Source: Raillietiella orientalis (Eukaryota). From it: a DNA stretch of 64,000 nucleotides. Shown here one piece after another: positions 53,262-64,000 of this stretch. Under the pieces are notes generated by a model, which ran no database searches, had not been told where the DNA came from, and was given only the letters and a program-made list of their open reading frames with translations. The DNA lies in the NCBI GenBank assembly GCA_036172245.1, contig JAYWIR010000031.1:1054001-1118000 (forward strand). Reading direction: 5' to 3'. The position numbers and the translations under genes were made by a program. Numbering within the stretch: the stretch's first letter is position 1; every line of letters starts with the position of its first letter.

Positions 53262-54068
53262 GTGATTTCGAAATCAGCGAAGAAATTACATGCCTACGGA
53301 TTCGAAAACGCAGCCTCCAAGTACCACATCTATGGAGGTTCAGCGGTTGAACTTGAAATTTGGGAAGCAGCTCGCTCAGAGAATTTGCAAGTGAGCTCTC
53401 ATGATTGTCCACGTTTGGTGTCGGAGCAAGTCAGCAAGGCTTCGCATCCAAAAACGACCTTCTACACGGTCTCGGGGATCTCGATGCTGATGATGGACCG
53501 GGAAACATCGCGGAAAGCACGAAAAATCCAGCAGGCAAGTGGAATCAAGGAAGTAGGCAAACAAGTCAGCAAGAAGTTTGTGATGAATCCATCGTCTCAT
53601 CTTTAAGCAGTCAGGTCACGGGAAAAAGCTACGGCTCCATGTCCCGATGGAAAAAATCCAAACTGTGCATCTTCATTTTCTGACATGAGTAGGCAAATTG
53701 ATCATTGTGCTCCTTTCGAGAAGGTTGAGAAAGCGGCTCTGTGAATGTAACATTCAAGAATTTGAGGATTCTTAGCAGTTCGGAATCTAAAATCTAAATT
53801 TAGAAAATTGCACTGAAAGAGCTTGGTTTCACTCCTCCTCCCATCGCTTTCGTCTGCTGTAACACGGATTCGAATGCAATCCAGAGGAACAGCGGAGAGA
53901 ATCTGGATGGCTTCCCGACCGACAACGGAAAGCCCGGTGACTCCTCTGGAAGTCAACTACTTCTCCTCGCTGTCCCTGACTCTTTGTGTCCTATTTTATC
54001 GAGAGCAATTTCAGCGAAATACAAAGGCTCAAGCGATGGCTACTGATCTTTGCAAAGCATTAGTGTGA
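53262..54068 (+). pseudogene. Possible decayed reading frame, product unknown
   Basis: ORFs 53262-53606 and 53823-54068 are in the same frame, separated by a stretch with several stops. Confidence 0.25.
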
Positions 54069-55848
54069 TTACATGATTTCATCACGTCATGAATATTTTG
54101 CCTTTGCAATGCATAATGTGATTGTGATCCAAAAGCCTTCCCTTCTGCTAATTTCCTGGGTGATTTGACTTTCTGATTTAGCCACTTTCTCGGGAAAGGA
54201 TACAGCGAATTTTGTGTTTCGGTCCACTCATCAGTATTTATGGAAATGACGCATGACAGAATTGTTTCCTTGGCGTTGGATTCAATGTATCTTTGATCTA
54301 GGAAATGCTGCTGCAGCGGTGTTCCCTGTCACGACGTGTTTTCCCGTAGCATTACATAAATGAGAAATGTATTCTGCATTTAGAAAAAGAAAGTACAAGT
54401 TCAAAAGTGACATTGAAATCACGAGTCTGAAAGATTCTTCAACGCTAACACGAAGTGGTCCAGGGTTATGACAGTAGATCTTGCACAGCGAAAAACTGGT
54501 GCAAACTGTCGGAGGAAATTGCAGAGATGAACCTGTTGGTACCATTCGAATCGAAGGTCAATCGGATTCAGATGTTTATGGAATTCAAATTACGAGAAAC
54601 GGTGGCTTCGGTATTTCAAACCAAAAGTTGGAGTGTAACGTTAACCATCGATGTTTGTTTCGTCCTTTGCCAATCTTCTGCCCTGACGGCCGTCGATCCT
54701 TGATTTCATTTTTCTGCAACAAATGCAAACTCCCGAATCATCTTTGTGCTTCCCGTTTTAAAATGGCGCGGATTCTCGGTACGTGTGCAATCTTTTTGAT
54801 CCAGTCTGCATGACTGTCGAGAGTACAGCTGTGACGAAAGTCGACCGTCGATAACTGATACAGCTCTTCTGAAGCACTCATCTCGCACCAAGAACGAAAA
54901 CAGAATAAGCAAGCGACGCATCAAGATGTCTAAAGTTTATGTTCGCATCTTAAAGCAGGTGTTTATCTTTGCCAACTTTGAACCAGCATCCCACGAACCT
55001 GAGGAAACGCTTTCCGTCAAAAGCATCGGTTCTTCTTCAGAATGGGGTCGTTTTGGCCTTCGAAGGGATTTCCTGCTTCTCTATTAGCTGGGATCTTCGT
55101 TCTTGTCCCCCCCCCCCCGAAAAAAAAAAACTTGGATTCAGCCATTCGAAGCAATGAGATCAGGCAGCCGTTCCCTGAAAGAATCTCTCTCAAACTGGAC
55201 CACAAAGTGCAACGTTTACGTGTTCATTGAGAGCACACGAGCTACGTAAAATTCTCGCGTGTACGTTTGGTGAAAAAACGCACTACATGGCGTCCAGCTG
55301 ACTGCTCTTCCACAGACCAAACCGAATTCCCGATATCTTTCCATCATGGCTGTTTTCGTAAGCTTCGGAGATGCGGGAAGCATCCGTGGACTTTGAGCAC
55401 GCATCGCGTATGTGAAACACATCCGGAAGCTCCCTGTCACAGCAGAACGACGGCGAAGATTTCAAGGCTGCGAAACGTCATCGAAACGAGATCAGAAAAT
55501 GACGGCTCCACGTAAGATGCTGTTTGCCGATGTTTTCAAGCTAAATGAGAGCATTTGCGGAACTTTATCCACCAAAGGCCTGTGGCTCGTTTTCAAGCCG
55601 TCACGCGATCTGAAATTCGTACATTATCTCTGTGCTTTTGTTGGCTATGGCTTTTCAGTCTAAAAGGGTGCCGGGGATTCATTTGGGTCCACTGCATCTC
55701 ACAAAGATTAATTGCTTCCAAGAGAGCACTGGTTTCTTTATAGATGAGTGAGCCATCGTGGTTTTTTTTTCTTCTTCTTCTTCTTCTTATTCTCTCTCTC
55801 CCCTGAACAAGAAAGGAATTTTTCTTGCTAAAAGATAACAACTCTTAG

Positions 55849-56359
55849 ACACTTGCTACTCCACTGGGACGTGAAAGATTTGAGAAATGTGAAATCAAGC
55901 ATCCATCATGTGTGGAATGTCGGATTTTCTGGGGAGCCTTTGAAGCATTTGCGCAGACCAATAATAACCGTAGTTAAAATGGCCGATGATGAAATTTTCT
56001 TAAATGCATTCATTTCGCACATTTTTCAAACTCGTTTACACCGCAGATGCATCTGCCATAGGCCGTCTCTCGTTCTGAGAAGCAGAAGCATCCATGAAGA
56101 AAGGAATACCTCTCGAAAACAGAAAGCAGATGTTGCCAATTATTTTAAAATAAAGTGTAGTGACTCGGATGATTGTGTGGCTTATAACCAAATGTTAACA
56201 AATTATTCCTCTTTTATTCCACTAAGAGCTCTTGTTCAATATGCACTGAAGAGAAACAAGACCGAGTTTTACACGGACGACTCGGCGGTTTTATCTCTCA
56301 GAAGAAACTACCCTATGGCATTTCATGAACTGGAAGAAATGAGAATCTGCGTTGCCAAG
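55849..56359 (+). CDS. Candidate exon or gene relic, product unknown
   Basis: 178-codon open frame in AT-rich DNA, bracketed by cttag| (55848) and AAG|gtaaag (56360). No partner exons identified. Confidence 0.3.
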
Positions 56360-59084
56360 GTAAAGATTTATTATCCTAGTAATGCTTGAAGATTAGAATG
56401 AAATGTAAAAGTTCCTTGAAAATTGGGGGCAAAGAGAATTACTCATTTTATTCTTATATTTCTCCCCCCCCCCACGAAATCCATGCAGTGCCTATGGGAA
56501 CAAAAGTGGCTTGGAACATCACACGACTTTCACATGTTTAGAGTTTCGCTCGCACGCGTGCAATTAGCATACGTGGATGAATGGAGTGCCGAGTTACTAT
56601 CCGATCCAAAAAAAAAATCGATAAAAAGGCTTCCTTTGCAGTCCTTTGTGTTTTTTTTAAAGGGATGAACCGACTGTAAAGGGATATTTACGAGTTAGTA
56701 TTGTGACATGAGTTACTTTCCTTTGCAATTTTCCTGCGGAACGTTAAGGAGAATTCTTCTGTCAGTTCTAAAAAAAAAAAAAAAAAGAAAAAAAAAAGAA
56801 TCACATGACGAGCCATTTTTTTTTTTCTCTCTGCTTTCAAAAAAAAAAAAAAAGAAACTATGGTCAATCCAGAGTTTTTGGAGAAAACAGCACCCGTGTA
56901 AGTGTGAAATAAGAAGGAAAATGACGGTATGCCTGAAAGTGATGACAAGAGATTAAGTGCATGATTTAAATTAAGATCCCCCGCATATTCGAAAAATCAC
57001 CTCTATCGACTGACCAGGTTCAACGTTGACCGAGAACAGAGTGGACATTTCACCTAAAGTGGCTTAAGGATAAGTTGACGCCGAGGCAGCGTTTGACGCG
57101 AAAGATTTTCCTCGAATCGGTCACTCCTGATCGTGGATGGGCTGAGAAGAATGACCCATGGATACCTCCCTAGTAGAATGCAATTTTTTTTTTTGTTGTT
57201 TGTTCAGAATTGGTCATCTGAATCCAACAGTCATTCTGTAGTGAATTCTCGTTACCTGTGCGTGACCTGAACTCATAGCTAACAACGGATGGATGCTGGG
57301 AGACTTTGCAATGATTACAGAGAGAATAGAGGGGGAAAAATCTGAAAACTCGACTAATTTCAGTCACGTCTGTTTAAATCCTTCCGTTTTCAGCCAGTGG
57401 TTTTCTGAATTAGCATTTTTATTTTTCTGTTTTCCATTGGGATACTAATTGTATTTTTTGTCTTCCTAGGAGGATATCTTCTATCCCAAAGTTGCAAAGA
57501 CTGTGAATGACAATTACCAGTATATTGCAAATACAGAAGACTTTAGACAAGCAGTGACTGTAGAAAAATGCCTGTAAGAAATTTCATAAAGCATTACTTT
57601 CCACAGCATCTAAGAATAAGTCCATCTTCCTGAAGAGAATTTACATCAACTTCCTACTCTCTTTTTTTTCCTTTACAGCTTTCTGCTTCTATCAAAGTAG
57701 AAAAAGTATTCCCTGTCTGAGTTGAAAGCATAGGTCAAAACCTGACTCGTGTCTTCCACGTTTCCACTTCCAGACTTTAGTTTTTCATCAGAAAATCGCC
57801 TCTCGTATAAATATTCTCAAAATGAATTTCAAAGATGGATGCAGCTTCCATTTGCTTTTGTGTTTACATCTGTTTCTTCCACCACAGTTCTCCAGACATG
57901 CCTTGCTCTTCCATCATATCGGTTCCGTTTGGCTACACCACAGTCTGTCGGCAGAAATATATAACAAAACGGTTGGTAAGTCTGTCATTAGATGGAACAC
58001 CTAAACTGACGTCGAATATGTTTCTCATACCGTCGTGCTGTGTTTGCCAACTGATCTACAAACGCCCCAGCCTGGGATTTTCCGAAAAAATCGAGGCTCC
58101 CAAAATATTCAGAAAATTATAAACTTTATATTTATAGATTTAGTTTTTTTTATCATCTGTTACGGAATACCAAGTGTATGTGTTACGTTCAATAAATGCT
58201 TTTATGAAAATGTCAAAATAGTAGTTGTGGGGATTTTTTTAGTTTCGAAGTACGCCAAGAACTGCAGTACGGCTGACCAACAAAATTTACAATTAATGTG
58301 CCCGAATTGAAAAATCAGCATGAGTCAGTCACTTACGAAAATAGGTAAAAACTTATGAAATGGATTCCGATTTACTGAAAACTGCAAAGTACTCTTTCAT
58401 TATTCAGTTACTTTCACTATGAAAGCATTTCATTGCTCGGGATTAATTACGGACATATGTGGCTAGGCTTCAGGATGTGTGTGGAGTCCTTAAGGAAGTA
58501 TCAGTTTGTTAGATCCTCGGGCATGCTAACGGCCAGCTGAGTTTCACCCTCAAATGATGTGTGATAATGTTTACAATTTGGCATTTTTGAGTAATACCGT
58601 ATCATCATCACTGCTGCTTCCTGAAGTCTCCTGATGGGACTCTGCTGTACCGCACCAATTCAGTTTGAAATTTGCTGCCAAGAAAGAAATGTTGAGAATC
58701 TTCAAATTAAACATCTGATCCAAGCATCATGGACATGGTAATAAGCATGATGATTTGGAGACTGCCTCTTCTGTGGCTGTCCCATGTATGGTGACTGGGA
58801 GAACAGAAGTTAAAAGAGGGGTATGTGAGTTTTTCGATCGTTCACTTTAGTTCTAAGCAATCGTTTGGATTCCATTCCCTTCGAGCTTCCAGCTCTGGGT
58901 ACGAAATTCAACTCCCGGGAGGGTTCAGGGAATAGTTTTTCAAGGTCAACTTCCGGTAAATTGCAGCTGAACAGTACAGAATTTTCTTGGGCATTGTGTG
59001 CAGCACCCGAGGCTGTGACCATTCGTGACTCAACGTACACTCAGCTGAAAGTGCGTCTGGTCCCCCAAATCGGCCGTCTTTAGA

Positions 59085-59134
59085 AAATCGAACTGCAGGG
59101 CGCTCATTTCAATGAGCGCCCTGCAGTTCGATTT
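59085..59134. repeat. Perfect inverted repeat, 24-bp arms with 2-nt spacer
   Basis: aaatcgaactgcagggcgctcatt-tc-aatgagcgccctgcagttcgattt; the arms are exact reverse complements. Confidence 0.97.
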
Positions 59135-62100
59135 CGGAGAGCAGAAATGTTGCTGTAGCCTTTCGTCCTTGCCGAAATTCTTTCCCAACTTCTTCGAGCT
59201 TACAGAAAGGATGTTTGACGTGAAAAAGGGAGTGCCAAAGCACTGTGCGAAGTTCAGAGCAAGAGAGGGCATTAGTGATGAATGAAAAAATAAATCGCTT
59301 CGAAACTAAGAGCCGTACACTTTACTGTGTATACATGGAAAAGCTTTATGTACACTTTTTCAACTACTTATGTCTTTTCACACTGCACTTTCAGCTCATC
59401 GGTATGTCTAAGGTCTGATAATAGTTAGCCTCGTGATTCAACAGAAGTTGAGTTTTGCATTTCTGCACAATACATTCCGAAGTCTTATTTGCTGCTCTTC
59501 TTATGCTGTGCACTCACTTTGAGTGCAATGTTCCCATCTCAAGGACATTGATGAATCTTTCTTGCGAACAAAACATGGAAAGTTCTTAGGGGAGGAAAGT
59601 GCAATTGCTTTTCCTTGTCAGCAGGCCTGATTTTCGGAAACCATGTCCTATAAAAGTCATATAAAAATGATAAATAATTCCAATGCATTTGATTGTAATG
59701 AACTAGGGAGCGAAATTCTTGTAGGATTCCATTAAAAAGACCAAATACAGCTTGATGCGAGGACGAGAAAAGTTGTCTCTGAGATTGCAGAATGCCTCAG
59801 CTCTGTTTGGCTGATGCACTGACAATAAAAAATACTCATAAAAAAAAAAACCATCCTTTTATGCCCCAAGAAGTCCATGATTCTTTCTCCTTTCAAGATA
59901 AGCAAGTATTATCACGGATTCAGTGATTCGTCTCACCAAAGGAACTCCACAGAAATGTCCTTCAGCCTCTTCGAGTAGATAAGTCCTTAGAAAACATCCA
60001 CTGGAACGGTATGAATGCATGAATATGTCTCTAGACGAAACTGCAAATCATGCAAATGGCTAGAAGAATGATTTCCATTTCAATTGCAGACATCACCTCA
60101 ACGTTTGCTGTCCCTTCAAAAAAGAGTAAATTCACTGTTAGCTATTCAGGAAAAAGGAGCCTATGAGAAATGATGCATCAGTGCCAAGGAGGTTAAAGAA
60201 AATCCTTGGTAGATAAGCTCATAGAGCTCACGAAGCGCAAAGTCGATAGAAAATTTCTCGAACACATCGGTTGGGGAGGAAAATGCTCCTTACTCCAGCG
60301 ATTGCATCTCTGTAAACCGAGAATCTTCTAAACTGTAGCCAATGGATAGCAGGAATCGCGCTTGCGGGGAGCGAATGTAGAATGCATCTTCCCTCTCAAT
60401 CTGCACACGTTTAGCAGCTGATCTTAAGCTTCGCTGCATAATGTGGATGTGAATTTTCTACTGAGGGATGAAACGTTATTTTCCAAACGGTGATGGATCG
60501 TTCTGATGCACATGAGAGATCCTATGTTAATTCTTGTTCCCGTAGAAAGCAATTAGGTACGTATTTCCTGGGAAAGTAGTCGGTACAATCCAAAAATCCG
60601 AAAAATTCAAGATAGAAACCACTCTCTTGGCGACAAACATCCCCGGTCCATTGGCAACGAGGAAGCAAAGCAGTCCAAAATGCTGCTCTCCAAACGAAGG
60701 CATTAAAAAGGCTTGATAATTCTCATTGAACGTGTATTTGTTATTTATTTTTTGGTCATGGCAGGCTTTCCAAATGAATAGTTTTTACGGTGATGCTTTT
60801 TCAAAGCGTTTCGGAACAGAGGAATCATAGTGTCCTTTGGTTTTGAATTTTACGCGCACAGTGTACTGCACGAAATGAGGAAGACTTTTCCATTTCCCTG
60901 AAGCTTTACAACAGCACGAAGCACTGTTTACAGTCTTTCGGATGAGACCACAGTGTTTCGAGATCATTCCGATTCTTCTTCTAATGCTTCTAATGCACCA
61001 CTCTAATCGATCTTTTGATCTCTGCATAAACAAAAATTTTCTGCTCGATCATACGGCTCCACATCATTCTGCACAATCAGTCAGATCCCTTACACTTCTA
61101 TGCCTCTCTGTTTGCAATCTTTTCTATGAAAAAAAATGGAAAGAATCTTTCGAGATTTATTTTTTAAGATTCCACCGAGGTTAACTTTTTTAGACATTTC
61201 CACAGAGCGCTTGCTTTTGAAATCGTTTTGAGATGGCTTCTTGGAATCACCTTGCATCTGCACAGAGCCAATACCTTCGGGGAATCGAGACTCCAGATTG
61301 GATGCTAACTCGGATCAAGACCTCAAGCAGGTCAAACTGTACAGCTGGTTGCTTGGCAAAATCCAAGGATCGATCTAAGGAACCTTTGGGTTTGAGAGCT
61401 CAAGAACTTCCCGCTGGAAATGAAAGCGATTTTTCTGCTGTTTCAAGCTTTATTGAAATCATCGGCCTTCTACGGTTTCAAGTCAACAAAAAAGTCCCTC
61501 GTCTAATAGCGTCTTCTTTTAGAACCATAGGGCGGATATCTGCGGTATTCCAACACGGTTTCGTCATCGTCAGGACGGACGTCAGCAGCTCTTGGGCGAC
61601 GAATCGGATAGTAAACGGGCCTCGGTCCGTGGCGGTGGCGATATTCAGAAATCACCTCGCCCTCGCTTGTGGACACCGCTCTTCTTCTTCTTAAGGATCC
61701 ATCGTCTCCAAGATCATAAAGATCAGGAAACGTGTGGAATTCGCGAGCATTCAGAATGTCCTTTGCCGCCTCGGCAAACTCCTATGCTCTGTTTTGAAAA
61801 CAAGAAGTGGTAAGTGTGCAAATACCGCAAAGTCGAAAGGGCTGTCAGCACTTTCAGCTCTCTTTCTGTGGGCAGAATTCGGAGAATCATCACTTTGAAA
61901 CTCTGCCACGCTGAGAACGTTGTCATTTTTCGAATGAGGTAAGCCGGCCGCATGGGCGTCCCCACTTTGAACTGCAACAGCAACATACAGGAAGAAGACG
62001 ATGGATGCTACCTGGGAGAAGAGAATACTGCAATCGAAAAGAGCATGGGAAATCAGGTTGCGCATTTACCATCTTGGATCTCATTGCATCCGCTTTTCCC

Positions 62101-64000
62101 TCCAAACGGTATAGGATTACCTAGAAATCAGTGGCACTGTATAAAGATATTGAAATCTCCTCCGATTTTTATATACAATTGCCAACCTTGAAAAAGATTA
62201 TTTGTTAGCATAATGAGGCCCTGGAGCCGTGCTCGAAATCCCAGAAGTCACGAAGCTTCAAACCATCATCCTTTGCTACAGGAAAGAATTCACGACAGCT
62301 CGTGTTCGGCATGAGTGATAGCACCACGATCAGCATGCCGAGATTCCTTTGGGATTCTTCGAGTCAAGGGATGGCTGATGCCTCGGCTTTCACTTGCCAC
62401 GGTGACAAGAGGAAACCGAGAGTGGATCGGGAGCTTCTGCAGAATGTGCCTGGTTCAGGAGGCACTCGTTCTCGGGGATATTCTGGCCCTTCCGTTCGCC
62501 TAAAGAATAAGCTTGCAGCCGCCATTTCATCCTCAATTCGACCATTCTTTTATTCTGAGTTTTCGGCATTCGGTCGTCATTTGGGCTCCGGTGTCTGCTA
62601 TGAGCACAGAACGGTGACGGCCAAGAGGAGTCCTGCGCTCGTAGATACGACTGGTCCCCCCACAACACGCCAAAGCTTGTTTTCGATGAGCCAGTGCATA
62701 ATTCTTGGAGTCGGAATGTGATCTCAGGAACGTAGACGGAATAGGTTGCAGGTCTTGGAAGGTTAAGCGCGTAAAGTTCAAAGTGGTGTAGGGTGAGAAT
62801 CAGTAGTTGAAGGACATGGAGGAAAATGGAGACTTCTAAATGAAATCGCCTGAAGAGTGGTTTTTGCTCCTGATGAATCATTGCATGTTGTGCCAGAAAC
62901 AAATCTGATATCCATGGAGGTCTACCTAAGGTATCTGTGGAGGTCTTTTGATCTAGATAATGAGACCTGAAGGCAAGTTGCTAAATTATAACTGGACAGA
63001 AGTGGAGAAAGGCATGAAAGTGGCGAAGGTTTGATGAGACAAGCACTCAGCTTCCAGCTGGATGTCCGTTCAAAGGGAGTAGAGTCAAGGATGTTAGTGT
63101 GACATGTAATAGGTGAGAAGCACGTGACCGAAGTAATCATTATGAGTTTAGTAAGGATTTCTTGGGTTGTCCACCTAGCTAAACATCTAGGCAATCTGGA
63201 GGAGAAATCATAAAGACAGTTTCTTCTGTTCCAGTGAAACCCTCGAAACGTGGATGGCTTTTAGAAATCTCCGAAAGTCCTCCTTCTTCTTCATCTTTAT
63301 TTTTTTCAGGAGCACGAAAAGAAAGAATGCTTATCTACTTTTCACAATCCTTTTTCCTTACGAAAGGCAGAAGGAGGAGGAATTCACTCCGCACTTTTTG
63401 TCAACTACAACTCGTTGCCGATTTTGCTTTATTCTTGACGATGATGGCGTTTGAAACGAAGAGCTGCTGAGGTCATAGGGCTGCACAACGTTCAAAAACT
63501 GAGTGGCAAAGGCCTCTTTTTTTTATTCGGCAGACTTTTCCAGACTTCCTCTGCATTTTTTTTTCTGTTCCAGATTTGTCACGGCTTGTCAAATCTACTA
63601 GGGACTCCTGGATTTCTTCAGGAGAGTGCTGGTTCATAATGACGGCTGTCCGAAAGGATGTCAGCGAAGAGTTTTAAAGGCTATCATCAATGTCTTCAAC
63701 CACGTTGGAGGACTAGAAATAAAGTATGAGTCTCACAGATTCTCATCGGAATTTCCATCTACGAAACAACTTTGAAAAATTCTTTTTCCTGTCATTTTTA
63801 AGTGCTGCTGTGGGATCTTTGCATTTTCTGAGTTGAGTTTCTCTGTACAGTTGACTAAGCCTCTCGCATGAGTTTCACGGTAAAAGGTTTTCTAAACTCG
63901 TGGAGAAAAATCTGAACTGAATCCATTCGATCTCTTCAAGGAGAACGATCTTGAACTTTGATGTCAACACTTGGTCAAAATTGCTCTCTGTGTCATAGCT

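Noticed and set aside
1..64000. CRISPR arrays, rRNA or tRNA genes, telomeric arrays, prokaryotic operons
   Set aside because: No regularly spaced repeats, rRNA or tRNA signatures, or gene-dense operon structure seen; the sequence is eukaryotic and repeat-rich.

Overview
Eukaryotic nuclear DNA (spliceosomal intron, U2 snRNA fragment, long homopolymers, GC/CpG-rich islands in a CpG-poorer background). The organism cannot be assigned from this window, and I recognised no conserved housekeeping gene. Best-supported content: (1) a cluster of L1/Tx1-type non-LTR retrotransposon pieces: four ORF2 C-terminal (zf-RVT) fragments, three with target-site duplications (TSDs) and a covarying 3' stem-loop but no poly(A) tail, plus three copies of an ORF1-like repeat that all stop at the same ATCATC(C)AG motif; (2) one apparently intact two-exon gene (33667-36030, minus) for a ~768-aa signal-peptide-bearing, Pro/Arg/Gly/Phe-rich disordered protein; (3) a 3'-truncated U2 snRNA copy; (4) a perfect 24-bp-arm palindrome; (5) many decayed, unidentifiable coding-like relics. 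The most unusual structure occurs twice independently: ORF1-like segment - TSD - ORF2 3' fragment - TSD. All alignments were done by eye and boundaries marked approximate are uncertain.
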